In this document: one piece after another, positions 8,618 to 23,600 of the stretch | Layout: each line of letters begins with the position of its first letter | Numbering within the stretch: position 1 is the first letter of the stretch | Assembly (NCBI RefSeq): GCF_964194155.1 | Contig: NW_027597837.1 | Span: 1 to 64,000, forward strand | DNA length: 64,000 nucleotides | Source of the DNA: Cetorhinus maximus | Lineage: Eukaryota | Reading direction: 5' to 3' | Program-made: the position numbers and the translations under genes | The notes under the pieces: model-generated | What the model saw: the letters and a program-made list of their open reading frames with translations, nothing else | The model's database searches: none | Told to the model about the DNA's origin: nothing

Positions 8618-11600
8618 GTAACAGGCTGAGGAGGCGCGCGGAGCATAGCCCCAACGATAAACTGGCCCGCGGTGGCCAACAGTGAACCCGGTCCCTTCCA
8701 GGGCGCCAACGGTGAACCATATCTTGCAATGTTAACCTTTAACCTGTACCAGCAGTGTTAACCTTTAACCTGTGCGAGAAAGGTCAGAGCTTAACCTCTG
8801 TCTTATATTCCATTACATCAGAAACAAAAAGAGGCCATTCAGCCCCTCGGGTCAGTACCGGTGTTTATGAGCCTCCGCCTGCCTCTCTCCATCTCACCCC
8901 ATCCTTGATCATATGTGGATCTTCCAGGCGTTTCTCAAGGGACAGTTAAATGCTGTTCAGCCTAAAATGGGACAGAATTTTGAAATAATATTCTCCATTT
9001 TCAGACTGGATTTGAAAAAGGAACTAGACAGTCGGGAGGTAGACGTGCTGAATGTTTGGCAGAAGGGGTTGGGGGCTGATCTGGTGTTGGGGGCTGATCT
9101 GGTGTTGGGGGCTGATCTGGTGTTGAGGGCTGATCTGGTGTTGAGGGCTGATCTGGTGTTGGGGGGTGAACTGGTGTTGGGGTACACCTATCTCAGTCTG
9201 ATCTAATCCACTGCTGCACCTTTGTTTCAGTCAGCGATGCTGTAACAATTCGGATCCAGAGTGGCATCTTAGAGCAGATCGGAGCTACGTCAGATGTTCT
9301 GGAGAGCGACACGATGGATCATTACCGGGCCTTCCAGATGTTGGAGCGCCTCCTGCACAGCCCCCAAAAGCTGATCAACCAACTGCTCTTCCAGATACCC
9401 CCGCCCATGCAGTCGATGTTAATTGAAAAGTACGCTGTCCGAGCTGGATTTAAATTAAATCGGGGAGTTTGCAATAATGGGGACAGTGGGACTGACACTG
9501 CCAAGCACCTTGGGAGCGAGTCCTGCCATCCTTGCCTTGTCAGCCTGTGAAGTGGGGGACAGCGTAAAGAGAGCTTTACTCTGTATCTAACCCCGTGCTG
9601 TTCCTGTCCTGGGAGTGTTTGATGGGGACAGTGTAAAGGGAGCTTTACTCTGTATCTAACCCCGTGCTGTACCTGTCCTGGGAGTGTTTGATGGGGACAG
9701 TGTAGAGGGAGCTTTACTCTGTATCTAACCCCGTGCTGTACCTGTCCTGGGAGTGTTTGATGGGGACAGTGTAGAGGGAGCTTTACTCTGTATCTAACCC
9801 TGTGCTGTAACTGTCCTGGGAGTGTTTGATGGGGACAGTGTAGAGGGAGCTTTACTCTGTATCTAGCCCCATGTTGTACCTGTCCTGGGAGTGTTTGATG
9901 GGGACAGTGTAGAGGGCTGTCCTGGCAGTGTTTGATGGGGACAGTGTAGAGGGAGCTTTACTCTGTATCTAATCTCGTGCTGTAACTGTCCTGGGAGTGT
10001 TTGATGGGGACAGTGTAGAGGGAGCTTTACTCTGTATCTAACCCCGTGCTGTACCTGCCCTGGGAGTGTTTGATGGGGACAGTGTAGAGGGAGCTTTACT
10101 CTGTATCTAACCCCGTGCTGTACCTGTCCTGGGAGTGTTTGATGGGGACAGTGTAGAGGGAGCTTTACTCTGTATCTAACTCCGTGCTGTACCTGTCCTG
10201 GGAGTGTTTGATGGTGACAGTGTAGAGGGAGCTTTACTCTATATCTAGCCCCATGCTGGGACGTGTGCTGTGTAAAACACGATGAATTGAAACACTTCTC
10301 CGTTTGGCAGGTATTATACGTTTGATGAGCCGTTTGTGCGAGAGGTTCTGGGGAAGAAACTATCGAAGGGGACCAAGAAAGACCTGGACGATGTAGGCGC
10401 GAAAACAGGGATCACATTGAAGAGCTGTCGGAGACAGGTAGAGAACAGTCACGACTCCTCATCACAGTCACAGCCACTTCACATCTGAATTGTTGCCAGG
10501 TTGCCTTCACGTTTAAGGAATGTTTGAACGGGAACTTTAATGTGATTGGAGATTCTTCCATCCAGTTCACGTTCAATGTAATCCCTTTGCTCAGTTAGTG
10601 ACCCGTGTTACCTTGAAGGTTCAGTGTTGTTGAGAGATTGAAGAGCCTGTTCCCCTGTTTGAAGGGGAGTGGTAATGTTATACACTGAGCCTCGGTTTGA
10701 CCATGCTCAGAGCACTGGGCTCGAGTCTGGCCCTCTTTTTTTTAAATTATTCGTTCATGGCATATGGGCGTCACTGGCCAGGCCAGCATTTATTACCCAT
10801 CCCTAGTTGCCCCCTAGTTCAGAGGGTATTTGAGAGCCAACCACGTTGTTGTGGGTCTGGAGTCACATTCCTTCCTTAAAGGGCATTAGTGAACAACAAT
10901 CAACAATGGTTTCATGGTCACCGTTAGACGTTTAATTCCAGATTTTTATCGGGAATTCCACCATCTGCCGTGGCGGGATTCGAACCCGGGTCCCCAGAAC
11001 ATTACCCTGGGTCTCTGGATTACTAGTCCAGTGACAATGCCACTATTCCATCCCCTCCACATCCCCCATATTAAAGGATATTGAGCCACCAGAGAAGGTG
11101 CAAACAAAGATTTACGCAGGATGACACCAGAACTGAGAGGTTATAACCGTCAACAGCAACTTAATTTACATAGCGCCTTTAACGTATTGAAACGTCTCCA
11201 GGCGCTTCACAAGGAGTGTCACAAAAACAAAAACTGACCCCGAGCCACATCAGGCGATATTAGGGACAGGTGCCCAATAGCTTGGGCAAAGAGCTCGCTT
11301 TGAAGGAGAGTCTTGAAGGAGGAAAGCGGGCCGGAGAGGCGTAGCGAGGGAGTTTCAGAGCTTGGGGCCCAGGCACAGCTGCCAATAGAGGATGGATGGA
11401 AGGTGTCAAAGCAGCAGAGGCCGGAATTGGAGGGGCGCAGAGATCTCGGAGAGTTGTGGGGCTGGAGGAGGTTACAGAAATAGTGAGGGGGACGAGGCCA
11501 CAGAGGGATTTGACATCGAGGATCTGTCGGGCCGGGGGCTCTTTTCTCTAGGAAACGGAAGGCTGAGGGCTGATCTGATGGGGGAACTTAAAACGATGAA

Positions 11601-14600
11601 GGGGGTTTCCATAGGGTCAATGTAGTGACAATGTTTCCACTTGTGGGGGAGACCAGAGCAAGGGGGCCATCAATAGGCCATGCTCACTAATAAATTCAAT
11701 CAGGAACTTCTTTACCCAGAGAGTGGGGAGAATGTGGAACTCGCTCCCACAGGGAGTGGTCGAGGTGAATAGTATAGATCCATTTCAGGGGGAAGCTGGA
11801 TAAACGCGTGAGGGAGAAAGGGATAGAAGGATATGGTGATGGGGGGGAGAAGACGAGGGGTGGGAGGAGGCTCGTGTGGAGCAGAAACACTGACACGGAG
11901 CGGATGGGCCCAATGGCCTCTTTCTGTTCCAGTAATATTCTATGTAACATTGCAAAGAGAGAGCCTTGGAAGCTGTAACAGCACAGGCTTGTGTAGAAGC
12001 AGTCTTGTGCTGAGGAGTGCCACTGTGGGTGTCACGCTACAAGGGAATTGGGCTAAGGAGGTGTGGGTGTGAGCGGGAGCAGAGCAACAGTGTGGGAAGG
12101 GGTGTGTTTTAACCCTGGTGCTTTAACAGTGGGTCACCTTTCTCCCTCTCTCTCTCTCTCTCTCTTTCCAGTTTGACAACTTCAAGCGAGTGTTTAAGGT
12201 GGTCGAGGAGATGAAGGGGCCGCTGGTGGAGAACATTCAGCAGAACTTCCTGCTTTCGGGCAGGCTTGCCGGGTAAATACCCCTCCCTCTGCTAATCAAG
12301 AGGAAGCGTTGTTGGTGCTGGGACCCGAAACCTGTGCATTTACTCCCACCACCCCGCCTCCCCGCAAAACCTGAGATCACGTCACATTATCAGAGGAAAG
12401 TCACTGCTCCGTCCATCACTTTGAAAGAGAAGGGCAGCAGACACATGGGAACCTCCCAGTTCCCCTCCAAGACATGCGCCATTCCTGAGTTGGAACTATA
12501 TTGGCCATTCCTTCACTGTCGCTGGGTCAAAATCCTGGAACCCCCTCCCTAACAGCGCGGTGGGTGTACCTACACCACAGGGACTGCGGCGGTTCAAGAA
12601 GGCAGCTCACCCCCACCACCTTCTCAAGGGGCAATTAGGGATGGGCAATAAATGCTGGTCAAACAGGGGAAGGGAGGTGCACCTGGAGACAAGGGTGGGG
12701 ACGTGGTGGTGGGGTGGGGTGGTTGGGGAAGTAGTCCATGCAGTTTTAATGTGGGGTCTTGCACCCAGCTACACAACTGTGGCAAATATGTTCAAAACCC
12801 CTTGGTTGCAGCCTGCGGCAGCCCTTTAAAGACTGCTCTTTCTGAACTGGATCGGGCCGGGTACATCGGTGCAGCTCGATATCGCACACGGGGCCTCAAA
12901 CAGAAGCGGGGCAGTGCCCCTTCCTTGAATCCTGAACAGGCGACTATCTATTGCCTGGTTTCCAGTGCGAGCCCCGGGTACCTGTTCTTTCAGCCTGGCC
13001 CAGTGTGACGAGAGGTGTACTCACGACGAGCCCGTACCAGAGGCTCGGCCTTGTCGGATGAGCGTTCCAGCATGGAGACAGCACCAGCAAGAGAGGCAGA
13101 ATCATTATTTGTAAATGTTGATCTTCAGAGGGACTTGGGTGTACTCATACAAGGAACACATTAAGTCAGCATGCAGGCGCAGCAAATAATTAGGAAGGCA
13201 AATGGCATATTGGCCTTTATTGCCAGGGGATTGGAGTACAGGAATAAGGGAGTCTTGTTACAATTGGCGGGACCACACCTGGAGTACAATGCACAGCGTT
13301 GGTCTCCACATTTAAGGAAGGATATACTCGCATTGGAGGCGGTACAGCGAAGGTTCACCAGATTGGTCCCTGGGATGAGGGGGTTGTCCTAGGATGAGAG
13401 GCTGAGTAAACTGGGTCTATATTCTCTGGAGTTTAGAAGAACGAGAGGGGAATCTCACTGAAACCTGCAGAACTCTTGAAGGGGTTGTGACAGGGTGGAC
13501 GCTGAGAGAGATTGTTCCCGCTGGTCGGAGAATCTAAAACACGGGGGGCCCAGTCTCAGGATAAGGGACTGAGATGAGGAGAAATCTCTTCACTCAAAGG
13601 GTTGTGAATCTTCGGAATTCTCTACCCCAGAGGATTGTGGATGCTGCATCGTTGAGTACGTTTAAGGCTGGGGATAGACAGATTTTTAGTGTCTCAGGGA
13701 GTTGAGGGATATGGGGAGCGGGCGCGATAGTGGAGTTGAAGTGAGAAGTTCAGCCACACTCATGTTGAATAGTGGAGCAGGCTCAACGGGCCAAATGGCC
13801 GTCTCCTGCTTCTGTTTCTTACAGAAACATCAGACATAAGGGACACCGAATCCCAACCCCGTGCCGATGGACAACTCGTGGGCTAGGATTCAAATGCATT
13901 AACTCTGCAGCAAAGTATTCAACATTCTCCCTCGAGCACTCACGCTGATGCCGATCGACCCCTTGAGGAAGGTGTGGGGGACGCGGGTGTAGATCGCAGA
14001 GCCGATCCCAAATGGCCCGATGTCCAGTCACTTTGGCCACTACAGCAGTGTCTCCTTTGGGGGGGTGTGCTGTGTGACTGCATTCCTCCCTCTTCCCCCT
14101 CCGCCCCTGACCAGGAGCCGCTGTTACTTTACCTAAAGTGACACGTTAGGTTTCAGAGGTCCGCCATCCCAGCCCTCAAACCACAGAGAATATGAGTTCT
14201 TAGGCCTCTGTACCGCTGCCAGTCCCACTCCCCTGTTGCTCTCTTCTGTAACGGTGAGGCTTTGCCGAGTGTTTTAATTTGTCTGCTCCTCCCCCTCCCT
14301 CTCCTCACCTGCGCTTCCTCAAGTCCAAAGAGAGCACATCTGGCCCACAGCTGGGTCTACTTGTCCTCCACCAGACGTGGCTGGAGCATTCCCACAGCTT
14401 CCCCGCCAGAGCTGCTTGCTGCTCTTGGATAGAAACATAGAAACTAGGAGCAGGAGGAAGCCATTCGGCCCTTCGAGCCTGCTCCCCCATTCATTATGAT
14501 CATGGCTGATCATCCAACTCAGTAGCCTGCTCCCGCTTTCTCACCATATCCTTTGATCCCTTTCACCCCAAGAGCTATATCTAACTCCTTCTTGAAAACA

Positions 14601-17600
14601 TACAATGTTTTGGCCTCAGCTACTTTCTGTGGTAGCGAATTCCACTCTCTGGGTGAAGAAATTTCTCCTCATCTCAGTCCTAAATGGTCTACCCCATATC
14701 CTCAGACTGTGACCCCTGGTTCTGGACTCCCCCACCATCGGGAACATCCTTCCTGCATCTACCCTGTCTAGTCCTGTTAGAATTTTATAGGTTTCTATGA
14801 GATCCCCCCTCATTCTTCTGAACTCCAGTGAATATAATCCTAACCGACTCAATCTCTCCTCATATGTCAGTCCTGCCATCCCAGGAATCAGTCGGGTAAA
14901 CCTTCGCTGCACTCCCTCTGCAGCAAGTACATCCTTCCTCAGATGAGGAGAGCAAAACTGCACACAATATTCCAGGTGTGGTCTCACCAAGGCCCTGTAC
15001 AATTTGCAGCAAGACATCCCTGTTCCTGTACTCGAATCCTCTGGCTATGAAGGCCAACATACCATTTGCCTCCTTTACCACCTGCTGCACCTGCATGCTT
15101 ACCTTCAGCATACTGGACAGTAAAGTCCCCCCCTCCACCAAACCCCCCACACACTTTTGTCCTGTCCTATCAACTGCCTCCTTCGAAACCCCCACCTCCT
15201 CTTTCCCCCCCACACTCGCACCTCCAGCAATGAGGGTGAAGAGCCCCCCCACCCACTCCGGGACCATTGTCACCAGGATCGAGACTATCCTTTCATCCCC
15301 CATCCCCCACCCCCCCGCCCACCGAAGTACTTGACCCCGATCCGGTGTTCTTCCCACCCCCCCCACTCTCATTTCACCCCAACCCCATCCTTTCCCTGAG
15401 CTCACCTTATCCACTAGAACTACCTTTGCCCCAACTCTGACCCCACCCCCCACCCACCGAACCTCCACCCCTCACCCTGAGCACCCCCAGAAACAGAGGA
15501 CCGGCCAGCACTGGAGAGGGTACAGAGGAGAGTTACAAGGATGTCACCGGTGAGGTTGAGGGACGAGGAGAGATTGGATAGGCCGGGGTTGTTCTCTCTG
15601 GAACAGAGGAGGCCGAGGGGAGATTTAATTGAGGGGCCTAGATACACTGACAGAAAGGACCTATTCCCCTTATCAGAGATCTGGGGGGGAGGGGGGAGGG
15701 GTCATAGGTTTAAAGAAATTGGTAGAAAGATTTGAGGGGACTTGAAGAGTAAATTTTATTTTTACCCAGATGGTGGGGATCTGGAATTTGTTGTCTGGAG
15801 CAGGCTCGAAGGGCCGAATGGCCTCCTCCTATTTTCTATGTATGTCTGGGAGAGGCAGAAACCCTCAAATATCTGAAACGCTCTTGAATATTCACTCAAT
15901 AGTGCGCAAACCTGCAGGACCAAGAACTGGAATGTAGGATTAGGCTGGATTGCTCGTTCTTGGCCAGCAAAGGCAGGAAGGGCCGAATGGCCTCCTCCCA
16001 TGCCAGGAATTTTCAGCGCTCTCCTTCCTGGCCTCCACGCTCTCTGAAGTTGTTAAGTGCTCCCCGCTCCTCGATTACTGTCCTTTCCCTTTGCAAACCC
16101 GCGCACCCACCACACACCACCCCCCCAAACACACCCCACCCCCCCATCTCCAAAATCCCATTGAGGTTTTGCACATTTGTCACCTCCTGGGACATCTGAA
16201 GTCTTGACTGTTTTGGGACCATCTAATGGTACAGCACAGGAGGAGGCTATTCGGCCCATCGTGCCTACACCAGCTCTTTGATAGAGCTATCCAATTAGTC
16301 CCACCCCCCTACCACACAACCGCACGTTCCCCCATAGCCCCGCAAACATTCCCTTGTCAAGTATTTATCCAGCTCCCCGTTCGAAAGTTAATATCGAATC
16401 TGCTTCCGCCACCCAGACCACAGCGACTTGCTGCGTTTAAAAGGTCTCGTGCGGAACGCGCACAACCCAGTTGGGCCGAATGGCCTGCTTCGGTGTCATA
16501 AAATCCAACCCTCTGTCTGCCAGTGAGCTGGGCAGCGTGCCCCTGAGACGCCTCTCAATGCTGCCAAATGTGCCCCCCCCCGGGGTTGGCAGGTGAGGGG
16601 ATAAGGGGCAGGAAAGTGACCTTGGGTGACCTGCCCACCAGGTCGAGGTGTCGGGTTGGTGTGGGATGTGGGGAGGGCTGGGGTGGTCCGAGGCGTTAGT
16701 GGTCATTGTCTTGCTTTTTCATGATGTTTCTTCCACCTTCACCCCTCCCCTCCCAGTGATTACGCCGCCATTGTCTTTTTTGCTAACAACCGGTTTGAGA
16801 CCGGCAAGAAGAAACTCCAGTACCTGACCTTCGAGGACTTTGCCTGCTGCGCTGAGCAGCTGATTCAGAACTGGACACTTGGAGCTGTGGGTGAGTGCGG
16901 GCATCTCTGACCTGGGATAGCCAGTGAGGCCGGTAGCCTGTCTGGGTGTCGGGAGCTGGCCATAGATTAGAGAATGGAGTGTGGAGGTGGGGAGCTCTGC
17001 TCTGCAAAAGCTTTTCCAAGATATCGCTGTCCTGTTCTCCCAACAGCACCTTCCAAACCCGCGAACTCTACCATCTGCAGATGCATGGGAACACCAGCAC
17101 CTACAAATCCCCCTCCAAGCCCCACAGCATCCTGACCTGGAACTATAACGCCGTTCCTTCACTGTCGCTGGGTCAAAATCCTGGAACGTCCCCAGCCCCG
17201 TGCTCCCTGCAAACTCCCCCCAACACACCCCCCCAATATCACTGTGGGTGTTCCTACATACAGACATACGAATTAGGAGCAGGAGTAGGCCATTCGGCCC
17301 CTCGAGCCTGCTCCGTCATTCAATAAGATCATGGCTGGTCTGACTGTGGCCTCATCCCCACATTCCCGCCTACCCCCTGATAACCTTTGACTCTCTTGTT
17401 AGTCTAGAGTTTATCTACCTCTGCCCTAAAAATATTCCTTGACCCAGCCTCCTCCGCTCTCTGGGTAAGAGAGATCCACAGACTCACGACCCTCTGAGAG
17501 AAAAGATTTCTCTTCATCTCCATCGAAAATTGGGAGACCCCGTAAATTTTAAACGGTGTCCCCTCATTCTAGCTTCTCCCACAAGGGGAAACATCCTCTC

Positions 17601-20600
17601 ACCATCCGCCCTGTCCAGTCCCCTCAGGATCTTATATGTTTCAATAAGACCACCCCTCATTCTTCTAAATACAGGCTCAGGCTGTCCAACCTTTCCCCTT
17701 AAGATAACCCCCTTCATCTCGGGTATCAGTTGGGTGAACCTTCTCTGAACTGTTTCTAATCTGTTTCTTATCTCTTAAATAAGGAGACCAAATCTGTACA
17801 CGGTGCTCCAGATGTGATCTCACCAATGCCCTGTACAATAGGCCTTGGGCTCCCCAAAGTCCCGTGCAATTCAGAAAAGACACCCGGCTTGAACATATTC
17901 CTTTTGTTTGCAGAGAATGGGCCCCTGCGTATGAACAAGTGTGGCTTCTAGCAAGTATAAATGAGCCACCATACGAGCTTAACTCTATCTTAAATTTGGT
18001 GTTAGTGTAGCCATTAGCGCACACAGGATTGGTCAGCAAGTGCTGCCTGACTCTGTGATTTCCGTGAGCCTGTGGTTCTCCACTGCTTTCCCCATGACAA
18101 CACCTCAGCCAATCGGAGCCGGCTTGCCGACCAATCGGCACCCTGATCTCCTGCAGTGCGAATTGTTGCGATTCTTTGAAATTTGGTATTCTTGTGTTTG
18201 TCCGGAGCATTCTCATTCCCTTCTGCCCTTCCGAGTGTCATCTCCCTGGACTATCCTGAGGGGAAGCTTGTGGTTTTTTTTTGCCTGCGTTATGACTTCG
18301 GAAAACCCCTTCTGAAATTGACACCCGGAGTGTCGCGTCGGTCTCCCCCAGGTAGAAAGCCGAACCCCAGCAGCCGACGCTGGTCATGAAGGAGTTGCCT
18401 CCCCGGCCTGGCAGGCAGACCACGGCCAGTGCCCAGGTGCCTGGGTGGTCACTCCTCGTACCCTCAGTCGTGAGGTTAGGCCGGGCTTCAGCAGGCAAGC
18501 TCAGAGTTCCTTCCCTGTGTCCCCTCTGGTGTTTTTCCATTCGGGGGGTCAGGGGAGTCCTATAAAATATCCCCATTGTGGGCATTGGGGGCTAAAATCA
18601 GCTGTAAACGACTTTCTCGTCTGTTCAGTAAACACAAAAAATTATCCCAGCATCACTGCATTCCCTGCAAAAAATAATCCTCCGACTCGTGTCACATCTT
18701 CAGCTCATCCCAAAGCACTTTGCTGCAAAACAAGTACTCTTTTTTTGTTTTGGAAGTGATGTAAAAAATGCTCATTTGTGCACAGCAAGATCCCACAGAT
18801 GTCGAGCCGGCTCAATTGTCCTCTTTCTTTTTAAGTGGTTTGGGTGGGGGAGAACCGGTCTCTGTTCTTCCTCTAGCACTCTGCCCACCCTGACCATCCC
18901 CTCCCCGACCCACATCCCCTCCCCGACCCACATCCCCTCCCCGACCCACATCCCCTCCCCGACCCACATCCCCTCCCCGACCCACATCCCCTCCCCGACC
19001 CACATCCCCTCCCCGACCCACATCCCCTCCCCGACCCACATCCCCTCCCCGACCCACATCCCCTCCCCGACCCACATCCCCTCTCCCATTCACATCCCCT
19101 CCCCACCTCACATCCCCTCCCCCCCTCACATCCCCTCCCTGACCCACATCCCCTCCCCACCTCACATCCCCTCCCCTGTCCACCCTTCTTGGTTTTATGT
19201 CTCATCCAAAAGACAGCGCCTCCCTCAGTGCCGCGCTGCCTCGGTGCCCACCCTCCGACAGCGCATCACTCCCTCAGCACCCATCCTCCGACAGCGCGTC
19301 ACTCCCTCGGCGCCCACCCTCCGACAGCGCGTTACTCCCTCGGCGCCCACCCTCCGACAGCGCGTCACCCCCTCGGCACCCACCCTCCGACAGCGCGTCA
19401 CTCCCTCGGCGCCCACCCTCCGACAGCGCATCACTCCCTAGGCACCCACCCTCCGACAGCGCATCACTCCCTAGGCGCCCACCCTCTGACAGCGCATCAC
19501 TCCCTAGGCACCCACCCTCCGACAGCGCATCACTCCCTAGGCGCCCACCCTCCGACAGCGCGTCACTCCCTCGGCACTCACCCTCCAACAGCGTGTCACT
19601 CCCTCGGCGCCCACCCTCCCTCAGTGCCACGCTCCCTCAGCGCCCACCCTCCGACAGCGCGTCACTCCCTCGGCGCCCACCCTCCGACAGTGCGTCACTC
19701 CCTCGGCGCCCACCCTCCGACAGCGCGTCACTCCCTCGGCGCTCACCCTCCGACAGCGCGTCACTCCCTCGGCGCTCACCCTCCGACAGCGCGTCACTCC
19801 CTCGGCGCTCACCCTCCGACAGCGCGTCACTCCCTTGGCGCCCACCCTCCGACAGCGCGTCACTCCCTCGGCGCCCACCCTCCGACAGCACGTCACTCCC
19901 TCGGCGCCCACCCTCCGACAGCGCGTCACTCCCTCGGCGCCCACCCTCCGACAGCGCGTCACTCCCTCGGCTCCCACCCTCCGACAGCGCGTCACTCCCT
20001 CGGCTCCCACCCTCCGACAGTGCGGCGCTGGGACTGTCGGCCTGGATTGTTGGCTCAAGTCTCTGGAGTGGGGCTCGAACCGATAATCTCTGACTGAGTT
20101 GGGTGCGAGGTACCTGCTGACTGACAGCTGACACCATGGAAACTGCTTGTGTCTGATACAGAATGTCAAATACATATTGACAGTCGGGTGCCAATTCATG
20201 AATCTACACGTGTAATGCTTCCCACCAACATTGACAGAACACAGTAACAGGGTAACAGCTTGGCTCACCTGGCAGTGTGGTGTCTTCGACTAAGTTAGTC
20301 CTCACATCCGAGATGACTGACTGACTTTGGTGGGGTTCAGATGTGTGCTTCAAAAATCGATTGTGAAAAGTGATTTGGAAATTTGGAAACCAAGGCCTGT
20401 GTTCAGTCTAGATTGAGCAGACCCCAGCATTTCGTGATCTCAGATCTGCCCCATCCGAGGTGTGTCTTCTTCCCCCCCCCGACTCAGAGGGCAGTGGTCT
20501 GCCAGGGGGGTAGATGGTCACTGATGTGAATCTCATCCTTTCCAGATTGTCTGGTCGAAGATATGGATGTTGACCTGGACAGAGAGTTTCTGCAGGATCT

Positions 20601-23600
20601 GAAAGACCTCAAAGTGCTCATCACCGATAAGGACCTCCTGGACCAGCATAAAAGGTAGACGGATCCACACAACATGTGCATAGCTCCCCCTGCACTGTCC
20701 ACATCAAACACTCCCAGGGCAGGTACAGCACCGGGTTAGATACAGAGTAAAGCTCCCCCTGCACTGTCCACATCAAACACTCCCAGGACAGGTACAGCAC
20801 GGGGTTAGATACAGAGTAAAGCTCCCTCTACACTGTCCCCATCAAACATTCCCAGGACAGGTACAGCACGGGGTTAGATACAGAGTAAAGCTCCCTCTAC
20901 ACTGTCCCCATCAAACACTCCCAGGACAGGTACAGCACGGGGTTAGATACAGAGTAAAGCTCCCTCTACACTGTCCCCATCAAACACTCCCAGGGCAGCT
21001 ACAGCACGGGGTTAGATACAGAGTAAAGCTCCCTCTACACCGTCCCCATCAAACACTCCCAGGGCAGCTACAGCACGGGGTTAGATACAGAGTAAAGCTC
21101 CCTCTACACTGTCCCCATCAAACACTCCCAGGACAGGTACAGCACAGGGTTAGATACAGAGTAAAGCTCCCTCTACACTGTCCCCATCAAACACTCCCAG
21201 GACAGGTACAGCACGGGGTTAGATACAGAGTAAAGCTCCCTCTACACCGTCCCCATCAAACACTCCCAGGGCAGGTACAGCACAGGGTTAGAGGAGAGTT
21301 GTTCAGTCTGGGATGGATTTGCAGCCAGTAATGAGGTGGGAATGTGACTTACGGCAGTTTTTATTTTGGAGAATGATTTTAATTGAGTTGGAAATGAATC
21401 TGATTTGGTTGCCCTGTCTGTGTTTTTCCCACAGCCTGGTCTGCACAGCACTGAGGGGCAAAGTCAGCTGCTTCACTGAAATGGAAGCAAACTTTAAGGT
21501 AAAACCAAAGCTTTGCTGATGTCACCATAGCCAGTGTGGAATATCTGACCCCTTCATTCCCTCCGGTGTAACTGGTTTGACGTTATTGCTCCCAAAGCGA
21601 GATGGAACCAAATGCCTTCCTGCAAAACCTCTGCTGTGTTCTGAGTTACACTTTCCTTTGCAGAATCTCTCTCGGGCGCTGATCAACATCGCCGCCAAGC
21701 TTATCCACACGAAGGATGTTCGCGATCTCTTCATCGACCTGGTGGAAAAGGTGCGTCTCGCCTGACAACATAAGGATTAGCAGCATTGAGCCTGCTGCTC
21801 CATTCGCTAAGATCTTGGCTGATCTGACTGCGGTCTCAATGCCGCTTTCCTGACTGCCGCCATAACCCTCGACTCCCTTATCGACCCTTGTCTAACTCAG
21901 CCTTGAGTATATTCAATGACCCAGCCTCCACTGCTCTCTGGAGGGGGGGTAGAATTGCACAGACTGACGACCCTCTGAGAGAAGAAATTCCTGCTCATCT
22001 CCGTCTTAAATGGGAGACCCCCCCTTATTCTGAAACTGCGCCCCCCTCACTCTAGATTCCCCCACCAGGGGGAAACCTCCTCTCAATATCCACCCTGTCA
22101 AGCCCCCTCAGGATCTCTCCGTTTGCTCTGTTCAATCCAGCGATGTGTCGAGGAATTCTCTTTCTCTCGCGCGTCTGTACCATATCAGTCGGTTCGGGGG
22201 TTGGGGGGGGAACAGGGGGCTCTGAATGGAAAAGAGGACATCCTTCAGGGAGGTGAGGGGGAAGATATTAACCTCACGCTTACCCGTCCAAACCTCTGAC
22301 ATTACAAGAGCAACTGCACTTCACAGGGTTTGGCCACTTGGCAATAGAGCATTTTTTGGGCCTCCTGAGGTGGTGATGGGTGCTACAGAAATGCATGTTC
22401 TTCGTACCAAGGTATGCCCGCATTTAATCTCCGAAACATCTGTCCCGGGAGAACAGATTCCCTTTTCCCCAGCGCCTCACACCTCGGGGTCCCCCCCCCA
22501 GAAGTGCTTCGCAGCCAACGATGTACCTTTTTTTTGAAATGCGGCCGCTTTGGCAACGTAGGAAACGTGGCGGCCGATCGCCGTCGCCGGCTCTGCTTTC
22601 GTTTTCGGTAAAAGGTTTCTCGAAAACAGAGCCCTCGGCGCGAGCTGTCAAAACCACTTCCGTTCGGCGTTTCGCCTCTCGTCGTTCCGGTTGCGCGTTC
22701 CGGCGGCTGGCGCGTCGCTGGGCGGGTCCCGCGCCCGAGGAGGGCCGGGGCGAGGTCTTAGCTCACCCGTTGGCGCGGCGTTAAAAACCGGGAAGGAGGA
22801 GGAGCTCCCGACCTCGTGAGCCCGCGTCCTGCGCCCGATTCCAGACTTGTAAGCTCTCCCCTGTTCACCCCCGCCTCTCCCCTCTTGTCTTTCGAACAGT
22901 TCATTGAGCCGTGTAAGTCCGAACGGTGGAACGGCAACGATGTGGGGGTTTTCCTTACGCAGTACACGAACACCGCGCGTGCCCTCGACGCCTTCAAGTG
23001 AGTACAGCGAAAGGAGTCTCCTGTCTGCTGAACGACGCGGTGGGGGGGGGGGGTAAGAGTCGCAGAACGCGTTATCCCACCCCTCCCGAGGAGCGGGGCA
23101 GGCGTCAGGATTCCTCATCGGCCCTACCCCCCCCCCCCCCCCCCCCCCCCATTCCGCGCCACCCTGTGGCCGCCAACTTTAATATCTTTCTGTGGGGCCT
23201 GGATCGGCAGGAGGTGGAGCCCCACCCCAGCCCAACCATTCCCCGCAGACTCCACAGTCTTGGCGATCGGCCCCTTGTTGCCCGATCTGACGCGATCCCG
23301 GGCTTTTGAGACAGGTGCGTGCATTCGCGTTAGAAACTCTAGTGAAGGCGTCAAATGAAAAAAAGAACTTGAATTTCTATAGCGCCTTTCATGGACGTCT
23401 TTTACCGCCAGTTATGTACTTTTGGAAGTGTAGTCACCAGTTGTAATGTAGGCAGTAAATCAGTTGATAATTTATTGAATGCTTATCGTAAAATATGTAA
23501 TTTAAAAAAAATATTTTGGACATTAGAAATTTCAGTTACTGCAGAAAAATAATGACGATCAAAAACTTTCAGAGAATGTGCTTCACAGTGCCTGCGTGCA

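Noticed and set aside
10960-11050. tRNA-like B box (gggttcgaatccc)
   Set aside because: Head of a SINE, continuous with SINE body and tail; no cloverleaf
14305-14428. Antisense exon-like segment with CAG|GTGAGG donor in FIBP intron 4
   Set aside because: No recognisable protein in any frame and no partner exons
19189-20268. ~300-aa repeat ORFs
   Set aside because: 33-bp SINE-derived minisatellite
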